Shown here: positions 50,380-60,147 of the stretch, in pieces
Position numbering within the stretch: position 1 is the stretch's first letter
Layout: the number at the start of each line of letters is the position of its first letter
NCBI GenBank assembly: GCA_963814375.1
Contig: CAWFCQ010000007.1
Span: 160,001 to 224,000 of the forward strand
From: an uncultured Chloroflexia bacterium
GTDB lineage: Bacteria; Chloroflexota; Limnocylindria; QHBO01
Length of the DNA stretch: 64,000 nucleotides
Reading direction: 5' to 3'
Program-made: the position numbers and the translations under genes
The notes under the pieces: generated by a model
What the model was told of the DNA's origin: nothing
Databases searched by the model: none
The model's input: only the letters and a program-made list of their open reading frames with translations

Positions 50380-51612
50380 TCAGACGAGCTTGTGCTCGAC
50401 GGCGTAGAGGGCGGCCTGGGTGCGCGAGGCGAGGCCGAGCTTGCCAAGGATGTTCGAGACGTGGGTGCGGGCCGTGCGCTCGGTGATGCCGAGCTCGTAG
50501 GCGATCTCCTTGTTGGAGGCGCCCTTCGCGAGCTGCGAGAGCACCTCCTTCTCGCGGCCCGTCAGCGGCTCGACCGGCTCCGCCTCCTTGCGCTGCCGCA
50601 TGCGCTGGGCGAGCAGGCGCGAGACGGCCGGATCGAGGTGCACCTCGCCGTTGTAGGCCGCGCGAATGGCCTGGGCGACCTCTTCCGCCTCGGCGTCCTT
50701 GAGCAGATATCCCGACGCGCCGGCCTCGAGTGCCGACGTGACCTTCTCCTCCTCGATGAACGAGGTGACCGCGACGATCTCGATCTCGGGGTGGGCCTGC
50801 TTGATGGCGGCGATGGCCTCCAGGCCGCCCATCTCGGGCATGAGCAGGTCCATCAGGATGACGTCGGGAACGAGCCGGTCGGCCGCGGAGACACCCTCAC
50901 GACCATTCTCCGCCTCGCCCACCACGTCGAAGTCCTTCAGCAGCTCGAGAAAGCCTCGCAGGCCTCGACGGACGACGGCATGGTCGTCCACGAGCAGCAC
51001 CCGGATCGGCCCTTCTTCGTCGGTCACGCTCTGGATTCCCTGCCTCGCATCGGGTTCGTCTGGCGCATCGGCTGATCGCGCGCGGGAAGTATGCACCAGC
51101 GCAAAGACCCGTTCCGGCTCGGGCACGTCACGCAGTCGCTGGGTGCCAAGGTCGCGCAGGATCGTGCTGTCGGGCAGGAAGCCACCGAGCTCCGCAACCG
51201 TGGTGGCCGCGAGGAACGTCTCTCCCCCGTTGGCCAGGCCCTGGAGTCGGGCGGCCCGGAAGAGCGGCCTGCCGTAGTACCGATCGCCGCGAACCTCGAC
51301 GTCGCCGCTGACGATGGCAATGCGGATCCGCATCCGCCCGATGGCACCCCAATCGTGGTCGGCGATCGCGGACTGGAGCGCGTCGGCGGCGGCCACCGCC
51401 GACGGCGCATCGGTGAAGCACGAGTACGCCCCGTCGCCGATCCGCTCGAACAGGATGCCCCCGTGGCGACCTGCCGTCTCCGCCACGAGCTCGTGGTAGC
51501 GCGACAGCGCGGCGCCGGCTTCGGCACCGTGTTCCTCCATGAGGCGCGTGCTGCCCTCGACATCGGCGAACAGGAAGCTGAGGTGCTTCGTCTCGGGGGT
51601 GGGGTGATCCAC
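50380..51612 (-). CDS. Class III nucleotide cyclase-like domain fused to a NarL-type response regulator (REC + LuxR HTH)
   Basis: FLFADVEGST...GDG...RAARLQ...LRDLG...LRD...PERVF cyclase; VLLVDDH..VRRG, DVILMDLLMP; LTGREKEVL...SNKEIA...HVSNILGKLG. TATCCT -10 lies 6 nt before GTG 51612. Confidence 0.88.
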   Translation of the reverse strand: MDHPTPETKHLSFLFADVEGSTRLMEEHGAEAGAALSRYHELVAETAGRHGGILFERIGDGAYSCFTDAPSAVAAADALQSAIADHDWGAIGRMRIRIAIVSGDVEVRGDRYYGRPLFRAARLQGLANGGETFLAATTVAELGGFLPDSTILRDLGTQRLRDVPEPERVFALVHTSRARSADAPDEPDARQGIQSVTDEEGPIRVLLVDDHAVVRRGLRGFLELLKDFDVVGEAENGREGVSAADRLVPDVILMDLLMPEMGGLEAIAAIKQAHPEIEIVAVTSFIEEEKVTSALEAGASGYLLKDAEAEEVAQAIRAAYNGEVHLDPAVSRLLAQRMRQRKEAEPVEPLTGREKEVLSQLAKGASNKEIAYELGITERTARTHVSNILGKLGLASRTQAALYAVEHKLV

Positions 51613-51631
51613 GCGCGAAGGATACCGGCGG

Positions 51632-51647
51632 CGGGCCGAATGACGTA
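51632..51647. promoter_or_regulatory. Operator-like box GGCCGAATGACGTA (copy 3, reverse orientation)
   Basis: Reverse complement of copy 2; lies between the cyclase-RR gene and the small-protein pair. Confidence 0.6.
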
Positions 51648-51760
51648 CGCGCGCATCGGCGCAAGATCGCGGGCCGATGCGGGACCGCCCGCCGACGCGT
51701 CGAGCACGCAGTGGGTGCACCATCAGAGCATCAGACAACCAACAGAAAGGAGGCAGCACG

Positions 51761-51961
51761 ATGTTCCTGGCATACGGCGCGCTCGCGCTCTCACCCACCG
51801 ACGTCTTCGCGCAGCCTCCGCATCGGCCGAGTCGGTCGGAACGGAGGTCGCAGGGGGACGGCGGAGTGTCCCACCTGGTCCAGTCGTTCCACCGCACGGT
51901 GGCCCAGGCGACTGATGCGTCCCTTTCCTGGCTTCCCCGCATCAGCCGCTACCCGTACTGA
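51761..51961 (+). CDS. Small hypothetical protein (66 aa, ends RYPY)
   Basis: Strong AAAGGAGG RBS before ATG 51761. Confidence 0.65.
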   Translation: MFLAYGALALSPTDVFAQPPHRPSRSERRSQGDGGVSHLVQSFHRTVAQATDASLSWLPRISRYPY

Positions 51962-51996
51962 GCCACTCTCGATCATCTGACACGGAGGTCAGACCG

Positions 51997-52176
51997 ATGC
52001 ATCCCCTCGGAGCACTGATGCTCTCGCGCTACATGGAAGACCAGCGCGACGCCGCGCTCGAGCGCCGGCGGCGCAGCCACCAGCAGAAGGAGCCGAGCAC
52101 CCGCGCGGTTCGCGCTGGAGCATGGTCGGCGATCCTCGAGTTCCCTCGATTCAGGGCTGCCGGCTCCAAGAGCTGA
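51997..52176 (+). CDS. Small basic hypothetical protein (59 aa; not in the ORF track)
   Basis: GGAGG RBS; MHPLGALMLSRYMEDQRDAALERRRRSHQQKEPSTRAVRAGAWSAILEFPRFRAAGSKS; followed by a hairpin. Confidence 0.6.
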   Translation: MHPLGALMLSRYMEDQRDAALERRRRSHQQKEPSTRAVRAGAWSAILEFPRFRAAGSKS

Positions 52177-52190
52177 GCGCCTCCCCAGCC

Positions 52191-52223
52191 GATGCGCCCG
52201 GGCCCTCCGGCCCGGGCGTCGTC
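52191..52223 (+). terminator. GC-rich hairpin, probable terminator
   Basis: CGCCCGGGCC-ctcc-GGCCCGGGCG after the small-ORF pair; no U-tract. Confidence 0.55.
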
Positions 52224-52252
52224 GTGCCCGCCCGGCGGGCTATCCTCGCCGG

Positions 52253-53620
52253 GTGACGCGTCCCACCCTCTCCGGCACGCCCGACGCGGTCCCGACGGTC
52301 GAGCTGTCGGAGCTGCTCGACGACGGCAACCTCGAGCTCATCGACCGATGGCTGGCCCAGGCCGACGTCGTCGAGATCGCGGACGAGCTGTCGCGCGTGC
52401 CGCGCGAGCAACGCGCGGTGCCGTTCCGCCTCCTGGCACGCGATCGTGCCCTCGAGGTGTTCGAGGCGCTCGATCCCTCGCTCCAGCAGGAGCTGCTGGA
52501 GGGCCTGCGCGAGCAGAACGTTCGCCAGCTGTTCGAGGAGATGGATCCCGACGACCGGGCACGCCTCACCGAGGAGATGCCGGCGAAGGTGGCGCGCCGC
52601 CTGCTGGCCGGCCTCTCGCCGAACGAGCGGCGCCTCACCGCGACCCTTCTCGGCTACCCGGAGGACTCGGCCGGCAGGCTCATGTCGCCCGAGGTCGCCA
52701 GCCTGCGAGCAGGGATGGCCGCGGGGGAGGCGCTCGACCGGCTGCGCCGCATCGGGCGCTCGGCGGAGACGATCTACGCGCTGCCGGTCACGGACGACTA
52801 CCGGCGCCTGGTCGGCGTGCTCGGTCTGCGCGACCTCGTCCTGGCCGATCCGGCCACACAGGTCGGCGAGCTGATGGACACGGAGGTCTACTCCGCCCGC
52901 GTCGACACCGACCAGGAAGAGGCAGCCCGGCTGATGCGCGAGGCGGACCTGCTGGCCCTGCCGATCGTCGACAGCGAGGACCGCCTGGTCGGCATCGTCA
53001 CGGTCGACGACGCGATGGAGGTCCTCGAGGAGGAGGAGACGGAGGACCTTGCACGCGCCGGCGGCGCGGAGCCGTTGGGTCGTCCGTATCTCGCAACGTC
53101 GATCCTCCAGATCGCCCGCTCGCGCGTCGTCTGGCTGCTCGTGCTCATCGTCGCCGCGACCCTCACCGTCAACGTCCTGAGCGCGTTCGAGACGACGCTG
53201 AACCAGGTCGTCACGCTCGCGCTGTTCATCCCCCTCGTGATCGGCACCGGCGGCAACACCGGCTCGCAGGCGGCGACCACCGTCACCCGCGCGATCGCCG
53301 TCGGTGAGGTGCGGTTCGACGACCTCGGCGTCGTCGTGCTGCGCGAGGCACGCGTCGGGCTGCTGCTCGGCGCCATGCTCGGCGTGCTGGCCTTCGTCCC
53401 TGCCTGGCTCTTCGTGGGCAGTAGCATCGCCATCGTCGTCAGCCTGACGCTGCTCTCGGTCTGCACGCTGGCCGCGCTGGTCGGCTCTCTGCTTCCCCTC
53501 GTTGCGCGCCGTATCGGCGTGGACCCCGCGGTCATGAGCGCTCCGTTCATCACGACCCTCGTCGACGCGACCGGGTTGGTCGTGTACTTCCTCATCGCGC
53601 AGGCGGTGCTGGGGTTGTGA
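52253..53620 (+). CDS. mgtE: Magnesium transporter MgtE
   Basis: YPEDSAGRLM, CBS pair, GIVTVDD, GTGGNTGSQ, DPAVMSAPFITTLVDATG. Confidence 0.95.
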   Translation: MTRPTLSGTPDAVPTVELSELLDDGNLELIDRWLAQADVVEIADELSRVPREQRAVPFRLLARDRALEVFEALDPSLQQELLEGLREQNVRQLFEEMDPDDRARLTEEMPAKVARRLLAGLSPNERRLTATLLGYPEDSAGRLMSPEVASLRAGMAAGEALDRLRRIGRSAETIYALPVTDDYRRLVGVLGLRDLVLADPATQVGELMDTEVYSARVDTDQEEAARLMREADLLALPIVDSEDRLVGIVTVDDAMEVLEEEETEDLARAGGAEPLGRPYLATSILQIARSRVVWLLVLIVAATLTVNVLSAFETTLNQVVTLALFIPLVIGTGGNTGSQAATTVTRAIAVGEVRFDDLGVVVLREARVGLLLGAMLGVLAFVPAWLFVGSSIAIVVSLTLLSVCTLAALVGSLLPLVARRIGVDPAVMSAPFITTLVDATGLVVYFLIAQAVLGL

Positions 53621-54189
53621 GCGAACCCGCCCGCTGCGCGTGGGCGACGAGCGACCCGATCTACATCGCGTACCACGACGAAGAGTGGGGCGTGCCGATC
53701 CATGACCCTCGCGCCCTGTTCGAGCTCCTCTGCCTGGAGGGCGCACAGGCCGGGTTGGCGTGGATCACGATCCTGCGCAAGCGTGACGCCTACCGCTCCG
53801 CCTTCGACGGGTTTGACCCTGAGCTCATCGCCGCCTATACCGATGCCGATCGGGCGCGCCTCCTGGCCGATGCAGGGATCGTGCGCAACCGCTCGAAAGT
53901 GGATGCCTTCATCGGCAACGCGCGAGCATTCCTCGAGATCGACGACTTCGCGCACCTGGCCTGGTCGTTCGTCGACGGCGAGACGATCCGGAATCGCTGG
54001 CGCTCGGTCGAGGAGGTGCCTGCCGCGACGGGCGCCTCGCAGGCAATGTCTCGAGGCCTCAAGGCGGCTGGCTTTCGGTTCGTCGGTCCCACGATCTGCT
54101 ATGCGTTCATGCAGTCGGCCGGGCTCGTCAACGACCACGTGGTCGGATGCTTCCGCCACGCCCAGCTGAGGAAGATTTCTCCCCGCTGA
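53617..54189 (+). CDS. tag: DNA-3-methyladenine glycosylase I
   Basis: RCAW, YHDEEWG, LEGAQAGLAW.TIL.KR, IVRNRSK, GFRFVGPTICYAFMQ..G.VNDH...C. Confidence 0.96.
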   Translation: MSEPARCAWATSDPIYIAYHDEEWGVPIHDPRALFELLCLEGAQAGLAWITILRKRDAYRSAFDGFDPELIAAYTDADRARLLADAGIVRNRSKVDAFIGNARAFLEIDDFAHLAWSFVDGETIRNRWRSVEEVPAATGASQAMSRGLKAAGFRFVGPTICYAFMQSAGLVNDHVVGCFRHAQLRKISPR

Positions 54190-54238
54190 AGCTGGCACGC
54201 GGCGTGCTGCGAGGTCGCCAACCGCGCACCGTGAACGG

Positions 54239-56155
54239 ATGAGCGCACTCGAGCTGATCAGCCTCGCCAACCAGGTGCTGTTCCTCGGCCTCTTCGTGGC
54301 CGTCCTGTGGCATGCGTTGAAGCGGCCATCGCGATCGGCCTGGGACACCGTCCTCCTGTTCGGCCCGATCGCGGCCGTCGTCGTGCTGGCACCGATCGCG
54401 ACAGTTATCGGGGTCGGGGATGCGCCATGGTTCGTGAGTCTCCAGCTCCTCCTGATCAACGTCGTGCCGTTCGCGATGATCAGGCTGGTCGATGACTTCA
54501 GCCGCACGCCTCGATGGCTGGTGCCTGCCGGGGCAATCGGCCTCGTCGTGGTCGGCGCGCTGGGCTTCACGGCCTTCGGGGCCGACCAGCGCCTGTTCGA
54601 CATCGTGACCATCGCCTGGTTCACGATCGTGGGCGGCTTCTCCGCCGTCGCCTTCAGCCGACGAGCAGTCGAGGCCCGAGGCATCACGCGCAGGCGAATG
54701 ACCGCGGTCGCCGTCGGCGCGATGCTCTTCGTCGTGGCGGTCGTGGTCATCTTCGCGAACGCGCTCCTGCCCGCAGTGGACCTCGGGCTGATCGTCCAGC
54801 TGTTGGCGCTGGCTGCTGCCATCGGCTTCTTCCTTGGCTTCGCCCCACCAGCCTGGATTCGCCGCGGCTGGCGCGAGCCCGAGCTGCGGCGCTTCCTCGA
54901 GCGATCCATTCACCTGGTCGGCGCGACGGATGAGCGACGTGCGGTGATGGAGCTCCAGACGGCCGCGGCGGCGGCTTTCGGCGCCAACGGCGCCGCAATC
55001 GGCCTGGCGGACGATGAGCGCCGGATCATGCGCTATCTCGATCGAACCGGCATCTGGGCGGAGTATCCGCAGGACGCCTTCGTCGGTGGAAGGGCCTACC
55101 GAGAGCAGCGGCGCATCGTGGCGGCCGATGCGGCCACCGAGGACCCGGAGAACGCGGGCGTTTACCGACGCAGCGCCGCGGACGCGGTCATCGCCGCGCC
55201 GATCACGCTCGAGGACCGGCCGATCGGCGTGCTGACCGTCTACGCCGAGCGAGCGCCGATCTTCGTCGAGGACGACCTGTGGCTGCTGGAGCTTCTCGCG
55301 GACCAGACCGCGGTCCTGCTCGAGGCGCGCCTCCGTTCGGCGGACGAGGCAGATCTGCGGGCGAGGGAGGACTCCGCTCTGCTCAAGGAGGAGTTCCTCT
55401 CCGCCGCGGCGCATGACCTGCGAACGCCGCTCACCGTCGTGCTCGGCCAGGCCGAGCTGCTCGAGCGCCGGCTGGCCCGCGACCCGGCGGCGCCGGTCGA
55501 CGCCGCGGGCGTGGCACGACTCGGCCGAGAGGCCCGCCGGCTGCGGGACATCGTGAGCGAGCTGCTCGACGCCCAGCGCCTGGAGCAGGGGGGCGCGGTC
55601 ATCGACCTGGAGCAGACCGATCTGCGTGGCATCGTCGAAGGGGTGCAGCAGCGCCTCCACGAGCGCGGCCTCGACCTCCGCGCCGACGTGCCCAACGACG
55701 AGCTGATCGGGCTGGTCGACGCGGCGCGCATCGGCCAGGTCCTCGACAACCTCGTCGAGAACGCGATGAAATACACCTCCAGTGGCGAGCTCCCGGAGCT
55801 GCGCCTGGACGCCGTCGACGGCGATGCGAGGTTCTCGGTCATCGATCGGGGGATCGGCATCCCGGAGGACCAGCGCGAACGCATCTTCGACCGCTTCTAC
55901 CGCGCCACCAACGTCCAGAGCATCACCGACACCGGGATCGGGCTCGGCCTCTACATCTGCCGCCGCATCACCGAGGCGCACGGCGGCCGGATCTGGGCGG
56001 AGCCGACGCCGGGCGGCGGAAGCACCTTCGTCGTGGCCCTGGCCCTCCAACCCGCCATCCAGCGATCAGGCTCCGGAGACCGGCAACCCTCGCAGACGTC
56101 GGACCCGATCATCAGCGTCGAGCCGGCCGGCGAGGGAGCGGTTGCGGATGCCTGA
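54239..56155 (+). CDS. Membrane sensor histidine kinase (about 7 TM + GAF + HisKA/HATPase)
   Basis: N-terminal TMs; H-box AAHDLRTPLT; NLVENAMKY; DRGIGI; IFDRFYR; GLGL. Confidence 0.93.
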   Translation: MSALELISLANQVLFLGLFVAVLWHALKRPSRSAWDTVLLFGPIAAVVVLAPIATVIGVGDAPWFVSLQLLLINVVPFAMIRLVDDFSRTPRWLVPAGAIGLVVVGALGFTAFGADQRLFDIVTIAWFTIVGGFSAVAFSRRAVEARGITRRRMTAVAVGAMLFVVAVVVIFANALLPAVDLGLIVQLLALAAAIGFFLGFAPPAWIRRGWREPELRRFLERSIHLVGATDERRAVMELQTAAAAAFGANGAAIGLADDERRIMRYLDRTGIWAEYPQDAFVGGRAYREQRRIVAADAATEDPENAGVYRRSAADAVIAAPITLEDRPIGVLTVYAERAPIFVEDDLWLLELLADQTAVLLEARLRSADEADLRAREDSALLKEEFLSAAAHDLRTPLTVVLGQAELLERRLARDPAAPVDAAGVARLGREARRLRDIVSELLDAQRLEQGGAVIDLEQTDLRGIVEGVQQRLHERGLDLRADVPNDELIGLVDAARIGQVLDNLVENAMKYTSSGELPELRLDAVDGDARFSVIDRGIGIPEDQRERIFDRFYRATNVQSITDTGIGLGLYICRRITEAHGGRIWAEPTPGGGSTFVVALALQPAIQRSGSGDRQPSQTSDPIISVEPAGEGAVADA

Positions 56156-56510
56156 CGTCCGCGTGCTGATCGTCGACGACGAGCCGGACATTCGGGCGAC
56201 GGTGTCGGCAATGCTCGAGATCGAGGGCTACGCCGTGGCCGAAGCCTCCAACGGAGCCGATGCACTGCGGCTCGTCGAGGAGCGCCCGCCCGACATCATC
56301 CTGCTCGACATGCGCATGCCGATCCTCGACGGCTGGGGATTCGCGGCCGAGCTGCGAAGGCGGGGCCACCGGACGCCGATCGTCGTCATGACGGCCGCGC
56401 GTGACGCCGCGCGCTGGGCCGCCGAGATCGCGGCCACCGCCTTCGTGGCGAAGCCATTCGGGTTCGAGGACCTCATCAGGGCCGTGCAGCAGGTGCACCC
56501 GCCCGCCTGA
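56148..56510 (+). CDS. CheY-like single-domain response regulator
   Basis: VLIVDDE, PDIILLDMRMP..DG, VMTA, AKPF; overlaps the kinase stop. Confidence 0.92.
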   Translation: MPDVRVLIVDDEPDIRATVSAMLEIEGYAVAEASNGADALRLVEERPPDIILLDMRMPILDGWGFAAELRRRGHRTPIVVMTAARDAARWAAEIAATAFVAKPFGFEDLIRAVQQVHPPA

Positions 56511-56529
56511 GCACGCGGTGGTGCCTGGG

Positions 56530-57000
56530 TCAGGTCGCCATCGCTCCGCCGCGCTCCCAGCCCCGCCCGCCGTACCCGAGGAAGCGCGTCGGCTTCAGGA
56601 CGATCGGTTGGGAGTAGACCTCCGCGAAGCGCTGAGCGGAGAGGCCGGCGCGATGGAGCAGCTCTCGGTACTTCGCACCGAACCCACTCGGCATGAGGCT
56701 CGAAGCCGGGGTGTCCGGCAGCTCGGCGGTGGCCTCGATCAGCTCGACCTCGAACTCGGGACCGGGCGTCCCGACCGCCAGCATGACGCTCGGGCTGTTG
56801 CGGAGGTTGTCCACCTTCTTTGCGTGCGGCTTGCTGAAGGCGACGATCGTGTCACCGTCCCAGTGGAACCAGACGGGCACGAGGTGCGGTCGCCCGTCGG
56901 CCTGCACCGAGCTGAGCCAGACGACCGGGTCGTTGCGCAGGGCGGCCTCCGCCGAAGGGCGGCAGCTGGCCTGGTCGGATGGCTGGGCGGAGCGGTTCAT
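56530..57000 (-). CDS. PPOX class F420-dependent oxidoreductase (Rv3369-like)
   Basis: VVWLSSV..DGRPHLVPVWFHWDG, KKVDNLR..P.V, AKY, YSQPI. Confidence 0.85.
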   Translation of the reverse strand: MNRSAQPSDQASCRPSAEAALRNDPVVWLSSVQADGRPHLVPVWFHWDGDTIVAFSKPHAKKVDNLRNSPSVMLAVGTPGPEFEVELIEATAELPDTPASSLMPSGFGAKYRELLHRAGLSAQRFAEVYSQPIVLKPTRFLGYGGRGWERGGAMAT

Positions 57001-57081
57001 GGCCGAGAGTGTCGCAGCGCCGCTGCGCCGGACCCAGCGAGAGACGTCGCATGGCCGACCGGACGTTGGCCGATGGTCGAT

Positions 57082-57097
57082 GCGGCCGGATGACGTA
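57082..57097. promoter_or_regulatory. Operator-like box GGCCGGATGACGTA (copy 4)
   Basis: 13/14 match to the other copies; lies between the PPOX gene and thrB. Confidence 0.55.
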
Positions 57098-57122
57098 GGG
57101 GCGACCCTATACTCCGCCACGC

Positions 57123-58037
57123 ATGCCGCCCATCGCCAGCGTCGACGTCCCCGCCTCGAGCGCCAACCTGGGCAGCGGATTCGACTGCTTCGCGGCGGCC
57201 CTCTCGCTCAAGATGCGCGCCGAGCTGTGGCCCGGCGACGAGCCCGGCATCGTGCTCAACGCGCGCGGCGAGGGCGCCCCCGCCGACGATGAACGGCCGG
57301 ACGACAACCTCCTGATCCGCGCCTTCCGGGAAGGGCTGCGCGTCTCGGCGGCACCCGGGGCGGCGGCCTGGAGGGTCGACGTCTCGAGCATGATCCCGGC
57401 CGCTCGCGGCCTGGGCAGCTCCGCGGCCGCGATCGTGGCGGGCGCGGTGCTCGGGGCGGCCGTCGGCCGCCGCAGCGTGGATGCCGACGAGCTGCTGCGG
57501 CTGGCTGCGCGGCTGGAGGGCCACCCCGACAACGTCGCGGCCGCGCTGTACGGGGGCTTCACCGTTGCGCTCGCCGAGCCCGACGGGCACATCGGCCTGC
57601 GCCGGTTCCGGGTGCCCGAGGCGTGGATCCCGGTCGTCTTCATCCCGCAGCGCGAGAGCAGGACCCAGGAGATGCGGGCCGCGCTCCCGGCGGCCGTGCC
57701 CCACGCCGCCGCGGCTCGCCAGGCGGGCCGCAGCGCACTGCTGGCGACGGCCGTGATCACGTCCGATGCCGGCCTCCTTCGCGCGGCGATGCGAGACGAG
57801 CTGCATCAGCCCTTCCGCCTGCCGCTCCTGCCCGGCGGCCGCGAGCTGATCGACCTGGCCTACGAGCGCGGGGCGGCTGGTGCCTGCCTTTCCGGCGCCG
57901 GCCCGGCCATCCTCGCCATCTGCGACTCGCCGCCGAGCGCTCACGCGGTCGAGAAGGCGTGGAACGCCGCCGGAGTCATGGGCATGGCCACGCGGCTGCG
58001 CTTCGACACCTCGGGAGCGAAGCTGGAGGCCGCCTAG
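57123..58037 (+). CDS. thrB: Homoserine kinase
   Basis: [51 protein letters not shown] -10 upstream. Confidence 0.95.
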   Translation: MPPIASVDVPASSANLGSGFDCFAAALSLKMRAELWPGDEPGIVLNARGEGAPADDERPDDNLLIRAFREGLRVSAAPGAAAWRVDVSSMIPAARGLGSSAAAIVAGAVLGAAVGRRSVDADELLRLAARLEGHPDNVAAALYGGFTVALAEPDGHIGLRRFRVPEAWIPVVFIPQRESRTQEMRAALPAAVPHAAAARQAGRSALLATAVITSDAGLLRAAMRDELHQPFRLPLLPGGRELIDLAYERGAAGACLSGAGPAILAICDSPPSAHAVEKAWNAAGVMGMATRLRFDTSGAKLEAA

Positions 58038-58131
58038 CCGAGCTGCCATCGCCGAGCGCCGGTGTGGCCCAGCGGCGACCTGGCGCGGGCGTCCCGCCGT
58101 CACGAGCGGCCGCTACCATGCGAGGCATCCC

Positions 58132-60147
58132 ATGAGCCTCGTCACCCTTGCGGGCGTGTCCAAGAGCCACGCCGCGCAGCACCTCTTCAGCGACGTCGGG
58201 CTGATGATCAGCACCGGCCGTCGCATCGCGATCGTCGGCCCCAATGGGGCGGGCAAGACGACGCTGCTCGAGATCGTCACCGGGGACCAGCAGGCCGACG
58301 CGGGGACCGTCACCCGCGCCAGGGAGGTCGTGATCGGCTACCTGCGCCAGGAGGTCGCCGAGTCTGCGGGACGCAGCGCCATCGCCGAAGTGCTGGCCGG
58401 TGCGGGCGAGGTGAGCGGCATCGAGCGACGCATGCGCCATATCGAGGTGGAGCTCGAGGAGGCGGCTGACGACGACGAGCTGCACGAGCTAATGGACGAG
58501 TACGGCAGGCTTCAGCATCGGTTCGAGGCGATGGGCGGTTACGGGCTCGAGGCCGAAGCGCGCCGGATCCTGGCCGGACTCGGTTTCGCCGATGCCGACG
58601 TGGAGCGCGACATCGGCGAGTTCAGCGGCGGCTGGATGATGCGGGTCGCTCTCGCGCGGCTGCTGCTCCAGAACCCGGATGTGCTCCTCCTCGACGAGCC
58701 GACGAACCATCTCGACCTCGCCTCCGTCGAGTGGCTGCAGGGCTTCCTGGCGCAGTACGCCGGGGCGATCGTCCTGGTGAGCCACGACCGCGACTTCGTC
58801 AACGAGGTCGTCAACCGAGTGGTCGAGCTGCACGACGGGCGGGCGACGGAGTACGTCGGCGACTACGCCGACTTCGTCGAGCAGCGCGCCGAGCGCATGG
58901 CACAGCTCGAGGCCGCCGCCAAGAACCAGCAGCGCAAGATCGCGCACACCCAGGCATTCATCGATCGATTTCGCTACAAGGCATCGAAGGCGCGACAGGT
59001 CCAATCGCGCGTCAAGGCGCTCGAACGTCTCGACCGGGTCGCCCCGACGCCTCGGCGCCAGAGGAGCGTGAAGTTCCGCTTCCCGGATCCTCCGCGCAGC
59101 GGGCGGACGGTGATCACGCTGAGCGACGTCGAGAAGCGATATGGCGACAACGTCGTCTACGACGGCGACCTCGACATGGTGCTCGAGCGCGGCCAACGCG
59201 TTGCGCTCATCGGGCCCAACGGCGCCGGCAAGTCGACGCTGCTCAAGATTCTGGCCGGCGTTCTGCCGTTCGAGGGCGGCACCCGCGAGCTCGGCTCGAA
59301 CGTGCGAGTCGCCTACTTCGCCCAGCACCAGATCGACGCACTCAACCCGGCGAACACCGTCTTCGAGGAGCTCAACGACGCGGCGCCGATGATGGCCACC
59401 GCCGAGATGCGAAGGCTGCTCGGCGCCTTCCTGTTCGCCGGCGACGCCGTAAACAAGCGCGTCGGGGTGCTGTCGGGCGGTGAGCAGACCCGCCTCGCAC
59501 TGGCCAAGCTCCTCGCCGATCCAGCGAACCTGCTGTGCCTCGACGAGCCGACGAACCATCTCGACATTCAGTCGCGGGACGTCCTGGAGGATGCGCTCAA
59601 CGCGTTCAGCGGCACGATCGTGCTGATCACCCACGACCGCTACCTGATCCGGAGCGTGGCAAACGCGATTGTCGAGGTCAACGATGGCCGCGCGACGCTG
59701 TATGCCGGTGACTTCGAGTACTACGCCGCCAAGCGCGGTGTCGACATCGAGACGCGTGGGGCGGTGGAGGGTGCTCGAGCCACGCCGCGCGGCGTGGTCG
59801 CCAGCGCGCCGAAGGCGCGGGAATCGGCGCGGGCCGCCGCGGATCGCAAGCGGCGCGAGGCCGAGGAGCGCAACGCGCGCCACGCTCGAACCCGAGAGCT
59901 TCGCTCCGCGCTCGAAGGGACGCGCGCGCGGTTGGCCTCGGCCAGGATCGCCCTCGACGAGGCAGCCGAGCGCCTCTCGGACCCGGCCACCTACGCCGAA
60001 CCCGACCGCGTTCGCGAGCTCGTGGCGAGCCACAACGGCTCGCTCGATCTCATCTCAACGCTGGAAAGCGAGGAGCAGCGCCTCGCGCTGGCGCTCGACG
60101 CGGCCGATGCGCCGGTCGAGGACGGTGTCGCCGGCGCGCGTCCGTGA
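58132..60147 (+). CDS. ABC-F family ATPase (YheS/Uup/YdiF-like, ribosome-associated)
   Basis: Two ABC domains (GPNGAGKTT / FSGGW / LDEPTNHLD; GPNGAGKST / LSGGE / LDEPTNHLD), inter-domain linker, C-terminal coiled coil, no TMs. Confidence 0.93.
   Translation: MSLVTLAGVSKSHAAQHLFSDVGLMISTGRRIAIVGPNGAGKTTLLEIVTGDQQADAGTVTRAREVVIGYLRQEVAESAGRSAIAEVLAGAGEVSGIERRMRHIEVELEEAADDDELHELMDEYGRLQHRFEAMGGYGLEAEARRILAGLGFADADVERDIGEFSGGWMMRVALARLLLQNPDVLLLDEPTNHLDLASVEWLQGFLAQYAGAIVLVSHDRDFVNEVVNRVVELHDGRATEYVGDYADFVEQRAERMAQLEAAAKNQQRKIAHTQAFIDRFRYKASKARQVQSRVKALERLDRVAPTPRRQRSVKFRFPDPPRSGRTVITLSDVEKRYGDNVVYDGDLDMVLERGQRVALIGPNGAGKSTLLKILAGVLPFEGGTRELGSNVRVAYFAQHQIDALNPANTVFEELNDAAPMMATAEMRRLLGAFLFAGDAVNKRVGVLSGGEQTRLALAKLLADPANLLCLDEPTNHLDIQSRDVLEDALNAFSGTIVLITHDRYLIRSVANAIVEVNDGRATLYAGDFEYYAAKRGVDIETRGAVEGARATPRGVVASAPKARESARAAADRKRREAEERNARHARTRELRSALEGTRARLASARIALDEAAERLSDPATYAEPDRVRELVASHNGSLDLISTLESEEQRLALALDAADAPVEDGVAGARP

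Noticed and set aside
51613-51942. 110-aa N-terminal extension of the cyclase-RR with Cys residues
   Set aside because: It overlaps the divergent small ORF and the promoter region; a leaderless TATCCT promoter points to GTG 51612.
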